A stretch of DNA of 64,000 bases, from NCBI GenBank assembly GCA_010093745.1, contig MU005982.1:62001-126000 (forward strand), in the 5' to 3' direction. The stretch comes from Piedraia hortae CBS 480.64 (lineage: Eukaryota). Positions 25,521 through 37,062 of the stretch are shown piece by piece; positions within the stretch are counted from its first letter, which is position 1; each line of letters begins with the position of its first letter. Under the pieces are notes generated by a model. It was not told the origin of the DNA. It ran no database searches and was given only the letters and a program-made list of their open reading frames with translations. The position numbers and the translations under genes were made by a program.

Positions 25521-26699
25521 GGCTCATGTCTTTCGTAGCTGGTATGCGAAATTAATGACCAAACACGTTTATTTTTCTCAGGTACTGGCCTTTGACCGAG
25601 CCGATGGTCAATCTCGGGTTGTTGTTAATATATGTCCTGTGGCTAGTCATATGTATCTTCATGTAGCGGATTGGAACAGTGTCCCATGATACTCTCTCTA
25701 GGCTGCAGATCAAGTATTCCCCATAGATCTGAGGGCATTTTTGCAATTGCTGATCAGAGATGGACACATTTCAAACTCTAGGTAGATGTGTGGTCCCTAT
25801 GGCCGTAAGGAACAACCGGACATTATAGCATCAATGCAACAGCCAGTGCGATGACGTACAAGATCCCAGAACACAGCATTGACAGAGTGCTCCTGGTGAT
25901 CCATATCCATTGAGGCACATATTAGACAGCTGGAGAAATATCCTAGCTTTGCAGAAGCGAGACATCGTGTGGTTATATTATTGTAAGCGCATGTGAATGG
26001 AGAAAGTTCTAGAGCTGGACAGTCAGACAGGAGAGACCTGGTGGGGGTGAGAGACGTGAAAATGGCGTCATTGCAAGTGGATAACCGAGAAACTTGTCTC
26101 CTAGTTTAGTCTACTTGTGGCTATTCCCGTCGAGAAAGGTGCTATCAATGAAGAAAATTACCCATGGAATCAAACCCCACAATCCCATTGCAAAATTCGA
26201 CGACGACGTCAGGTTGACTGGGCTGCACGCTAGGCAAGGGCCCCTGCTGTCCAAGAATAGTAAGCTCAAGATATTTCTTCACCTGACTTCCCCATACTCC
26301 TTCCCGCATCTTTCTACCGGAGTTGTATCAAGAGTCCTATCTCAACGAGGTTACATCTGGCTTAACATCGGGACGCGGTTCGTGTCGACTCTGAACGGTC
26401 AGGGCCAAGACTTCCATCAAGTTGGCGCCAGACGAGCGGCATTTACGAGCTTGCACAAAGACGAAGGATACTGGTGATACGGAACGTTTTTCATCCTGGT
26501 GGCTGCGCTGTCTCAGTGTCGGTCAGCGAGATTTACAATTGTCATGACCCGAAATTAGCGAGCCATCATGAGCTTCAAATTGGCGCGTGCAAATGAGAAA
26601 CGTTGACTTATCTGTCCTATGTTAGACTTGTCCGCCATTACCGAGGAGATTGGAGGTAATGGCCGGATCTCTTTGCTCGAAGGTGCGATGTCCATTTCC

Positions 26700-27600
26700 G
26701 AACATGGCTCTATCGAATGTAGAGAGAATCAAACAGAGTAATAATCCAGGACGTGAACACACCAATACGTGGTTACTCAGACCGTGGTCAAGTTTTCTCT
26801 CATAACAATCGAACTTTACTCGTCAGATCGGTAGGAAAGTTGCTCAGTTGAAGGCGATTTTGCAGAGGTATAAGGGGAGCGCGGCTGATCCCAAGACGAA
26901 TCCGCGATGATGGTGGGAAATTGTTGGCGAGGAAAGTTCTTGTCGTGTCTGGGAGTCAATTTTAACGTTGGGCTAGCTATACCTGCAACTCAAATGTCTC
27001 GGGAGCGGCCATTTTTCTCTACACGCATTGATGTACCGTACGGCAGGAACTGGCTGGCTTCGGAGTATTTGGTAAAGCCCGGAAAGATCCTTTTGAGACA
27101 ACTGTTGAGAGGCTGTTGGCCCTGGTCTTCAAAATTTTGGATCGATCATATTCAACGGCTATCTAAGTTGGAAGCGACGACCTGGTACTCCTGCTTTTCC
27201 TTAATGATATGCCTGGGAGGAAGCAGCCTAACTCAATGCTTCACCAGTTAACTCGCTGTTAATGGCAGGGAAAAGCCTTGACCAAAGTTTGTGGAGGCTC
27301 GTTTCTAGTTTGCACAAGTTTCCTGTGGCCAGATGGTGATCTATGCGCATCTGTGATGTCTTCGAAAACGGCAACCTACCCTACAACTGCTTGATTGTCT
27401 CTATTACGCTTCATCCACGATTGATGGACCAATCGAGGAATGTGAACTGTGTACCTGGGGCGATTTTACGTTCCTTCTAACTACGGATGCTACGGGTGTC
27501 TCTTCCTTCTCAATGAACTTGGGCTGATAAGAGGTCAGTACATGTTCCATCTCAGGTGCCATTTGGAATGGAAGGCTCACGCCGGCCGCAACATATCTCT
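26700..27600 (+). pseudogene. Decayed Fot1/pogo-like transposase relic
   Basis: VGNCWRGKFL (compare VGKNW..F) and WTN...L..F..P motif echoes; heavily disrupted. Confidence 0.3.
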
Positions 27601-27989
27601 AAAGATATTGGAAGTGGTAGAACGAATTATACTCAACGTTATGCGTGAGGAGCCGTTGAACTAGAGAGACTACCTACAAATGGAAGTCTGCCCGCGCCTC
27701 ATCAAGACGAAGAACGACGTTGACCAAACAGAGAAACACGGCATCATATAGCAAGGTCAGTCTCACCCAACGAACACCGCTGTTCCGACAGAAAAGCATC
27801 AGTCGCAGAGGCTAGTCCTTGATTCCTGTGTGGTGTTAATCTGCATCACGATACTCAGGCCAATAACCAGGACCTTGTCTGGAGAGTTTCTGCCTTGAAC
27901 ACACTTCAGCAAATGACAAATCATTCATTATAATGATGTGGGCCCGAGCGGTCAAAAGACGGGATCAGGGGAAAGGAGCCGAACTGTGG

Positions 27990-29280
27990 GAAGCGAAACG
28001 AAAAACTAATTGTTTGTACGCCCTGCGAAAAGCAGTGACTGATCTGCCTAACTCAGTCAATCCATTACCGTCAGAGAAAACAAATTGAATACCTATAACG
28101 GCAATGAAGAGTGGGTGATCCAGGCCTTTGGGCCGATCGCGAGCCTCGCCAAGCGCACATTCGCGGCGCTGTCCAAGGGAGTGGCCCGTAAAGGTGATGG
28201 CTAAGGAATCAGGAGTGCACACCACGCGTGTGACCTCAATGGGATTCTGTCGATAAGGATCAATCACGCAATTGAAGTTCGTCAACCTCATTGTCGAGAC
28301 GCCCACAGTTGAAGCTGCCCATCTTTGTGATAGATGTTTGCTGTGCCATGCGCAGATATTCAGGTGCGAGCTATATGCTCCCAAAGCGAGGGCCATCCAG
28401 TGCTACAAATGCTTCAAGTGGGACACAAGGCACATTTCTGCAAAGAGACCAAGTCGCGGTGCGCTTGGTGCATCGGTGACACCCACAAAGCAGGAGAAGA
28501 CGCTTGTCCCTAGAATACCGAGCCGACCACATAAGGTGCTTTGCGTGAACTGCGGCGTCGAACATGCAGCATTTTCCCGGCAGTGTAAAGTCGTTAACGA
28601 GCAGATCTGCCACCAAAGAAAGGTACCTTGACCGGCCGACTACCTTTGCAGTTCCCTTCCGGAATCGTCCCATAGTTTCATTAACCGCGCTAGTTCTCCG
28701 CCCACCCACAACGCAGGACCAGTTTGTGGAAGTCTCCAGAAAGAGGCCCAGGCTATCGTCAAGGCCGGATCCACGGGCCGGCTTAGAGCGTGCGTTGGTC
28801 AACATGACGCGAACTGATGAGGCCTTCCACGCAATACCAACCGCTTACTTCGGTTCACACCGTGCCCCGAATACTACCCAGGCATCCGAGGTCAGACCAG
28901 CTCCTACTCCGACCCAAGATGAGATAATGGACGAGTCGTCCACTTCAAAGACAACTGGAACCAGCAACGCAACAACGCCGAACATGACTTATGATATTAA
29001 AGGTTGTGTACTACAACATAGCGAAGAACGTTCTAACACAGGAACAGGCTGTGAACGACCAATGACAGTGGGATGTGATTGCCCTTCAGGATCCAGCATG
29101 GAGCCGACAGACGAATGCCTCTAGATTTTCTGCGAAGAGCCGCTATGGGATAGTCTGGGAGAACGGAGGCGCTGCCATTCTGGTCTACAAGTGACACGAG
29201 CTAGCTGACTGGAGCTCCAGCGCAGGTGACAACTGGGCCGCAGTCACATTTGGCTCCGGCAATCAAGCAGTGACCATCTA
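27990..29280 (+). mobile_element. Truncated Tad-like non-LTR retrotransposon (ORF1 3' part plus start of ORF2 AP endonuclease)
   Basis: ORF1 zinc knuckles QCYKCFKWGH..C and CVNCGVEHAAFSRQC (with frameshift); ORF2 start MTYDIK(V)VYYNIAK...WDVIALQDP. Confidence 0.8.
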
Positions 29281-29691
29281 TCCTTGCTCGTCGGATGAGA
29301 ACTCTGTTGGACGATTCCGCGAGTCCATTCTGTTCCAGAGTATATGATGCGGAGACGTCGATCCTGATTCCAGCTTGGCGTGCAATTTCGTGGACAGTTC
29401 GATTCTGCCACTCACTGCCGCCGCCGGCGAAGACAAGTTTGATGGTCTTGCCATACTGGTGCTGGATTTGAATAATGAAGTCTTTTAGGACTATCGAAGC
29501 GTCTCCCTTTTTTTGCTTCTGTCATGGCCCATCTCATTCTGCTCATAGCGTCGGTCAGAACGAATATCCAGCGGTGTTGCTTCAACATATCCGTCTCGAT
29601 GGGTCCGATGGTGTCAACATGGATCTCATCGAGCGGTGCCGCTGGAATTGGGCGTGGCTCTCTGGAAACGACTCTTTGAGCCTTGCCCAAA

Positions 29692-29919
29692 TGTTACGGC
29701 GAGACTGTGTGTGCGCGGGACCACCCGCGTCGCCTAAGCGCAGAGGGAATTTGTTACACCGACGCGCCCTGCTAGTTATTCATAGCTACGCTCGCTACCA
29801 CGCACGAATGCACGGCGCCTCTGGATTGGTTTATAGTATCCTAGCTTCCCAGTAGATAGCAGTCCGGATTGTCCTCGTTGTTGGGACTTATTGAACCTTT
29901 TCCTCTGAGCACCGTAACA
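29692..29919 (+). mobile_element. LTR family E (short form), no TSD
   Basis: TGTTACGG...CCGTAACA inverted termini; near-identical to 42602-42827; flanks differ (CCAAA/GCTGG). Confidence 0.9.
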
Positions 29920-30494
29920 GCTGGGAGCCAGCTCAGGGTGCTTCTTCCAACAAGTCTTGTTTTTGTGCTTGTGGAAACACTCAGAACAGATTGCTTCTGG
30001 GTCAGAAAAGCGGCCGCTTGATGCCGCTGCTGCGGCGAATGGCTGACTTTGTCTTAGCGGCCTTGTTGAGGTATGCTGTGTCGGCTTCCCATTGTGGTTG
30101 GAGCTTGCGTTTGATGCTCTCAACCACTATGGCGAATGCGTGTCTGTCTTTGAAGAACCATTTTCGACAGCACTCAACTCGGCTTCTGTTGGTTTTGTTG
30201 GATCTTCAAGTCCAGGTTTCCGAGCTGGCGAGATGCATGGGTTGTTGTAATCCACATGGCCTGCAAGCTCATCTTTGGATAATGCACCAACCCCTGAGTG
30301 ATACCAGATGCTGTAGGAACCCCCTTCCTTCAGGATGACCCTCCAGTTATCGGTGATTTTCATGATGATTGGTGGTTTTGTTTGTCTTGCGGATAACTTC
30401 GTCTTGCGATAGATAGATGGGGTCTTGCGAGTATTTTTAATTCTTGCGACTTCTCACTACTATCTTGCGAGTCTGTGTATCCTTGCGACTGGAA

Positions 30495-30857
30495 TGTTGG
30501 ATTCAAGCATCGCCGCTAGCGCGTATGCAGGGCACTTGCATAGCAAGTCAGCGATACCTCCTACACTACCAGCTGCACCCTAGGTTTTTCCCTCACAGAG
30601 GTTTTCCCTCAGGGTCATGTCATATGTGACATGGTGAATACGCCCCGCTAGTGTACGACGTGACGTCACCGGCCCACCGGTACAGAATTTTCATTCTGAA
30701 CGTCCCCTCATTGAAATAGTCAATTGACACTACCGTACTGCAACTGGTATTTTTTTGACTCACATACATCTACATCTTTCCTGTCCCTGATTCCGTCTAT
30801 CGCTCTGTCCTCTTCGGGTCGCTGTGCACTCTCACCCACGAGATCTAAATCTCTACA
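30495..30857 (+). mobile_element. Solo LTR, family B, TSD TGGAA, inside the Copia-2 5' UTR
   Basis: TGTTGG...CTACA; TGGAA at 30490-30494 and 30858-30862. Confidence 0.9.
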
Positions 30858-31107
30858 TGGAACAAGTTCAATGAAGGCAAAAGGCCGGGCTCATAATCTG
30901 TTTTAGATAGAAAGATTGGACGACTGTGGAGGGGTAAAAGGATAAATTGTAAGTCGCTCTCTCTTTCTCTCAAGGACTGACTTCATATACACTAAACTCC
31001 CATGCCTCCCAGCCTTCCGTTGAGGAGCTAGTCCAAATTGGGTAAGCGTGTGATCGTCTTGGCGAGTCTAGACAAGCCAACATGACCAGCGTCGGCTTAG
31101 TCACAAC

Positions 31108-31333
31108 AATGCGCCCTGCTAGGGTACGACGTGACGTCAGCGGCCCACCGGTGCAGAATTTTTGTTTTGAACGTTCCTTCATAGAGATATATAGTCATTC
31201 ACACTGTTATATCAACACTTGTATTGACCCATATCCATCTGCATCTGTCCTGTCCCTGTTGTCAATTTCTGTCTATCACTTCGTCCTCTTCGGGCCGCTG
31301 CGCACTCTCACCCACAGGAGCCCAATCACCACA
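31108..31333 (+). mobile_element. Truncated LTR, family B
   Basis: Matches the distal ~225 bp of family B (tacgacgtgacgtca...ctcacccac). Confidence 0.85.
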
Positions 31334-32188
31334 GTAGCTTCAATGCTGAACGCGAATCATGATAACCATCAAGCCCTCCGTTGTCATGATTGACTTCCTG
31401 CAAGGCATCTTGTACAAATCCTGCGGACACGGAAGTCTGATTGACCCGAAAAAACCCAACAGCATCTTGAAACAGGCGAGGCAGGTGCAGATTTACACAT
31501 CCACTGGTGTCCGTCAATGGCCACCCAATTAGTTCAATGGATGCCCGTTTGATGTTGGTTGAAAGGGAGCGGACCCTAGTGGATGTGCTTTCATGGGTGA
31601 AGTTGCCTGGCTTATCGCACGTGCACGTGAATCCGGAGCTAGGTACGGATCAACATGCCGATTGTCCATTGGCCAAAAAGATCCCTTGGCGCCGTGAAAC
31701 AGATGTGGCAGGAGCAAGTTCGCACATCCATTGGCGTCTGTCGGTGTCCAGCCGGTCAGCTCGAGCAAGGCACCCCACGAATTGGTTGGAACAAAACAGA
31801 CGCTTCTGAATGTTCATCTGATTGGCTAGAAACCTCAATGGTACAATTTTCAACAGGTGGGGAAAGAGCAGGTTTCCACCACCACTAGCGTCCGTCATTA
31901 GCTGGATAATGTGCTCAAGCGAGGGCCGTGTGGACTTGGTTAAAAGGGAATGGGCGCTAGGGGATGTGCGTTCGTAGGTCAAGTTCACTCACCAATCATA
32001 CGCGCTTGTATCCTTCTGGGGTATTCTACTCGGAGCGGGCTCTGCTCCACCATGACTTTGATGTGTTGGCGTGACTCCATGAGATTTGAAAGGCTATATT
32101 AGTTAATTGAGGTGTCAGAGCTTGCGAGATGAGTGACAACTTTCAATCCAGCAATGTATATACATCTGACATCAATTACACCGAAACC

Positions 32189-33073
32189 TCACAACTTGGC
32201 CTTTGCAAACGACTGTCCAATCTCAGCGACAATCTCATCAATGACATTAAGCAACCAGATACTCCCATCGTCAGATGCCAGCCATTTGCCACCGGGAACG
32301 CTCTCCTCCGACTCCGCTGTCCCATCCTCAAATGCCTTTCGCAAGCCGAAGATGTGACTCGTTACTTGCGGGCCCACACCTGTCTGCGCCCTAAGGCACG
32401 CAATGGCAAGGATAGACATCAGAACACGTCCAACCTCCGGACCCTGCGCAGCAGTCTCAACACTAGGATCCGAAAACAGCGCGCCGTACTCGCCCTGGAC
32501 GATGAAAACGGGGAGATCGGGATGGTACGTTGCGAGTTTATCAAACAATTTCCCTTCGTAGGGGAGGTAAATGCTTTTCCACAGTGCCTCTCCCCTCGCG
32601 ACAGTTGTGTCGATATTGGCTTTGTTAAGATTTCGGCGAGGGCGTCGTTCAGAGAGGCGAGTCTGGAGAGAAGGATCTAAGGAGTCGTAGAAAGATCCCA
32701 GAGTGTTTATAGTTCGAGGTACACCATTGAGTCCTATGCATTTCAACCCGATTTCTCGAATCAGTTCAGCGGTTGAAAGAGCTGCGTCGTTGGATTGAGA
32801 CGCCACTGCAACGCGGAATAGTTCCAAGAGCGATTGCGGGGAGTTCAGGGTGAATGTTGCTGCCGCCTTGGGGACTTAGATGGCTGGCTGCACGACATGG
32901 AACGGATGACGTACGGATGCGGTCAGCCAAGCGTTTGTGCCGACGTTGAGACGTTTCGCGTCGGCAGCGATGCCTCGGTAAACTGATGCGATGCCATATG
33001 GGGCAGGGGTGGTTCCCGCGCGGGCATGAGTCGCATGGATCAGGGATTTTAACGCGGGAGATAGCTTGGACAT
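32189..33073 (-). CDS. AhpD-like (PXP2-like) protein with PTS1; 2 exons (33073-32915, 32866-32189), 278 aa
   Basis: 48-nt intron GTACGT...CTAAG...AAG restores the frame; REIGLKCIGLNGVPRTIN and ACLRAQTGVGPQVTSHIFGLRK motifs; C-terminal AKL. Confidence 0.85.
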
Positions 33074-33276
33074 TCTCTATGTAAGGCTATAAACAAAACG
33101 TTACACCGGCAGGCAAAGAGGTGATGTTGAGTTTCCGGATGCGGTTTAGTGTGGTTCAAGCTTCGCAAGATGTGATTGGGCCTCGGCATGACATGAAAGG
33201 CGCAATGTAAATTAGGAATGTCGAGCGGGGAAGGTGAAGACAGGCCAGTCAGAGTTGAATTAATTTCATCGAGACA
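33074..33276. promoter_or_regulatory. 203-bp bidirectional promoter with a CCTCGG (FarA/Ctf1-type) site
   Basis: Lies between two divergent ATGs; CCTCGG at 33181-33186. Confidence 0.55.
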
Positions 33277-34998
33277 ATGCCGTTTACTTCTGCAGCTCTT
33301 CCATCCGTTCCCGATTCCATTTCTATCGAAACTTTCATCTTTTCCCCCGAATATGGACGACGTTCATTCGATGAGTCGCTTCCACCATTTGTATGTGGAC
33401 TGACCGGGAAGTCTTACTCCATTACGGAGGTACGTGACAGGGTTGAATGTCTGTCTCGTGCACTGGCAAAGCATATCGGTCCAGAGAAGGTCATTGGGGT
33501 TTTCAGTGTCAATACAATCGACTATGTTCCTCTTGCTTGGGCTGTGCACAGAATTGGGGGTATCTTGACGTGTGTAAACGTTGCGTATAACGCCTCTGAG
33601 CTGGCGTATCAATTGAATGATTCCAAAGCCGAAGCGTTGTTCACGAGCAAAGGCCTTCTGGAAACGGCGAAAGCTGCTGTTGGAAGCAGTGGGCTCAGCA
33701 TGTTCGCCATGGATGATGCTGAAGGATTGAAAAGTTTAGAGGAGCTTATTCAGGAGGGCAAAACTCTCCCCGCGAGGGAAAGGGCGGATAGCATTTGGGC
33801 TCCTGGTGAAGGTGCCAGACGCCCAGCTTTTTTGAATTACAGCTCCGGCACCTCAGGACTTCCCAAAGGAGTGATGATCTCACACGCAAACGTTATCGCC
33901 AATGTTCTCCAAGTGTCCACGTGTGAAGAGCCTATAAGGTCAAAATTGGGAAAAGGCTATACCCAGTCTGCGCTAGGCCTCTTGCCAATGTCCCACATCT
34001 ATGGTCTAGTCTTAATTTGCCATGTTACCCCATTTAGGGGTGATTGCGTGGTGGTCTTGCCAAAATATGATTTTGAAACCCTCCTATGCACGGTTCAAGA
34101 CTACAAAATCGCACAGCTCTTTCTCGTGCCTCCTATGATGGTGCACATGGCCAAGTCCAAACCAATCTGCGCTCGTTACGACCTTTCTTCCGTAAGGGCA
34201 ATTTTCACTGGAGCTGCGCCTCTAGGATCTGAACTTGCTCATGAGCTTTTGGAAATGTTTCCAACATGGAGTATCCTGCAGGGATACGGCATGACAGAGA
34301 CAGCAACAGTGGTCAGCATGACCTTGTCCGATGATGTGTGGTTTGGGTCATCGGGTATTTTGGTACCCAGTATCGAAATCAGACTTGTGGATCCCGATGG
34401 AAATGAGGTAACAGAATATGACTCACCAGGCGAGCTATGGGTCAAGTCTCCCAGCAATGCACTTGGCTATCTGAACAATACCAAGGCCACAACGGAGACG
34501 TTTACGAACTCGCCTGATGGTTTGAGATGGGTCAGAACGGGTGACGAGGCTGTGGTGAGAAAATCAACCAAGGGGAATGAGCACCTCTTCATCACAGACC
34601 GGATTAAAGAGTGTGTTCCTTCCAATAAAAATTTTGTTCATGACTAATCTCTGAGTAGGTTGATAAAAGTCAAAGGCCACCAGGTGGCCCCAGCGGAGCT
34701 GGAGGCTCATCTACTCACACATCCAAAGATATATGACTGTGTTGTAATTGGAATACCCTCGGAACGCGAAGGGGAAATACCGAAGGCGTTTATTGTCAAA
34801 GCGCCCGGTGCAATCGAGGAAAGCGATAAACTTCTCGCAAAGGACATTATCAAGTTTGTTGAGAAGCACAAGACTAATTACAAATGGCTGAGAGGTGGGG
34901 TGGAGTTTATAGATGTTGTTCCAAAGAGCCCCAGTGGAAAGATTTTGAGGCGGCAGATACGAGATCTGGAAAAGACGAAGAATAAGGCAAAGTTGTGA
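33277..34998 (+). CDS. 4-coumarate/phenylacetyl-CoA-ligase-like acyl-CoA synthetase with PTS1; 2 exons (33277-34610, 34659-34998)
   Basis: YSSGTSGLPKG, QGYGMTE, RTGD, DRIKE|LIKVKG across a 48-nt intron, PKSPSGKILRR; C-terminal AKL. Confidence 0.93.
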
Positions 34999-35081
34999 AT
35001 GAATCATTGACTAAGTCGGATGAATTTCTTCTTATTATTAGCTACAGTAAATTGCACTGCTTCTGTGGAAACTTGTACGTA

Positions 35082-36122
35082 TCAGGACCCTCCGGTGACA
35101 TCGTTATCATTATCTTGGTGTGAGGTTTTTCTCCTTTTCAGTCTGGGATCACACGTCACCCTTGGGTCCGCAGTTTCGGCTCTCTTCTCAACCTTTGACT
35201 CCACTGACTCCTTATCAACTTCCCGCGGGGGCGTTAGAGACTCAACTTCTGGAGGTGGAGGCGTAAAGCACGTTGGTTCTTCTTGTGGAGTGCTCTCAGC
35301 CATTGCGTTCATTAAGCTAGCTTCGACTTTCTTTCTCATCACTTCTACCTCTTCTTTCTTCGCTAACAGACTGGTTGAACAGGTTTCTTCGGCCTCTAAT
35401 CTGCTGCTTTGCACTTCCAGTTGAGACTTTAGTTCCGCAATCAATGCCTTGCGAGCTGTAACACACGACTCGAGCGCCGCCTCTGCGACGGTAATATCCT
35501 TAACGGCCTTTGCCAACATAGCTGCATGGATGGCTGGGCTGGACTGATCACCAGCTGTGACCAGAGCATACTCAGAGTTGGCAAGTTCTGTCGCCGGATT
35601 GGCTGCAACCTCGGCTTTAGTGACTGCGCCATTGAGCTTTGCAAACGCTTCGACTTCGGGGGCAGCCGTAGTCCCGAACAGACTCCCCCCCAGTTGCTTT
35701 CCTGTGCTCTTGCCCGGCTTTCTCTCACCTTCCAACAGTTTGGCTTCGATAGCTTCTAATATCTTTGGTTCAAAAATGTTTCTTTGGCGCCAGACTTCCA
35801 CAACCCTCCTGATGCGTGACTGAATCTCGTGAGGTGCATTCTTATACGCAAGAGATACGGCATCCGCTATGATTGGTTCAAACGCCTGGTTAAACTCCGG
35901 TCTGGCTCTAGCGCGACTCTGCTGCGTGATTTCATTGGCTAGATAGATGAGGATGAGCCTCTTTGATACCGGGGCCTCTTGCAGACGTTCCATCCAGAGC
36001 TGGACGGTGCGTGGCGCGTGTCTACGGTGGAACATCATCCATTGTGCGTTGCTAACGATCGAGTCCTGCTGGTCATTTAGACTAGATAGTTTTGCGCGAA
36101 CTGCGTCGTCTGAGTAGCCCAT
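35082..36122 (-). CDS. RTT103: RNA Pol II CTD-interacting-domain protein (Rtt103/RPRD family), 346 aa
   Basis: ATG at 36122 (MGYSDDAVRAKLSSLNDQQDSI); LIYLANEITQQSR and RRVVEVWRQRNIF CID motifs; coiled coil. Confidence 0.85.
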   Translation of the reverse strand: MGYSDDAVRAKLSSLNDQQDSIVSNAQWMMFHRRHAPRTVQLWMERLQEAPVSKRLILIYLANEITQQSRARARPEFNQAFEPIIADAVSLAYKNAPHEIQSRIRRVVEVWRQRNIFEPKILEAIEAKLLEGERKPGKSTGKQLGGSLFGTTAAPEVEAFAKLNGAVTKAEVAANPATELANSEYALVTAGDQSSPAIHAAMLAKAVKDITVAEAALESCVTARKALIAELKSQLEVQSSRLEAEETCSTSLLAKKEEVEVMRKKVEASLMNAMAESTPQEEPTCFTPPPPEVESLTPPREVDKESVESKVEKRAETADPRVTCDPRLKRRKTSHQDNDNDVTGGS

Positions 36123-36278
36123 GTTGATCTGTCGCGTGGAGACTGACGTCGGGGAAACCGCAGACCCTGACAGTGGCTCGGGAGGGAACGGACCGAGCCG
36201 TTGGGCGGTACGGCACGATGCAGCGCTAGTGTCTCCCGCGAAACTCACGCCTGACGTTAGTCGCAATCAACAACAACA

Positions 36279-37062
36279 ATGGCAGACAGATTTCCTTCTT
36301 TGGACGAGTTTGACGCAGGTGAGTCCTTTCGGATGCCCCAGAAGTGCTTGGTGCTAATTTCCAGGTCAAACCGAGCCCGCCGAATCGACGAGCGACTTCC
36401 TTGCACGCGAACGGGCGTTGCTTGGAGATGAAGCACAGCAGTTCGCCTCCTCCGACGCAGATCTCCTTGGCGGGGAAGACGAACCAACTGCGCCACCTTC
36501 CAAGGCTATCGACAACTCCAACATCGAGGTCAAGGAAGATGCTGAAGATGACATGATGGGTGATTTTGAATCATCTTTCCCAAGCCTCGACAATCCTCCG
36601 GCGGGCGCCTCTACTTCTGCACAGACACATAGTATGACGCTGCCCTATCACAGTGATTCTCGCGGTATTTCTGGCCCCACTACACCCGAAGAGGAGCCAA
36701 AAGTCATCACGGACTGGCGCAACGCACGTGAGGAGTCCATTGCCAAACGCGACAAGGTTTCGGAGGCTAAAAAGGAACAAACTGTCAAGGCCGCCCACGA
36801 AGCTATTGATGAGTTCTATGAAAATTACAACAATCGCAAAGACAAACAAATTGCGCAAACTAGGAAAGAGGCTGAAGAGTTTTTGAACAAGAGAGAAGAC
36901 ACGGCGAGTGGCGGAACATCTTGGGAACGGATTGCAAAGCTCATTGACTTAAGCGGTAAAGGGTCCGGTGGTGGTGCCCCAGGCACCGGTAAAGCCAAGA
37001 TGAGGGAAATGTTGATTGCGTTGAAGAAGGATACCGACGCGCCTGGCGCTAGCGGCGTATAA
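36279..37062 (+). CDS. CLC1: Clathrin light chain; 2 exons (36279-36318, 36365-37062)
   Basis: MADRFPSLDEFD, DFLARERALLGD, FESSFP, GTSWERIAKLID; 46-nt intron GTGAGT...GCTAAT...CAG. Confidence 0.95.

Larger units (their letters stand above)
29283..31082 (-). mobile_element. Ty1/Copia relic 2: 5' LTR (family D, 30899-31082), PBS, gag, integrase core
   Basis: TGTTGG...AAACA LTR followed by GATTATGAGCCC PBS (30887-30898); gag knuckle CSECFHKH...CWKKHPELAP; integrase IHVDTIGP...TDAMSR...DGGSEW...EQNGLAESSNR. Confidence 0.85.

Noticed and set aside
36123..36266. N-terminal extension of RTT103 in the ORF track
   Set aside because: Non-ATG start running through the shared promoter; the conserved start is MGYSDD at 36122.
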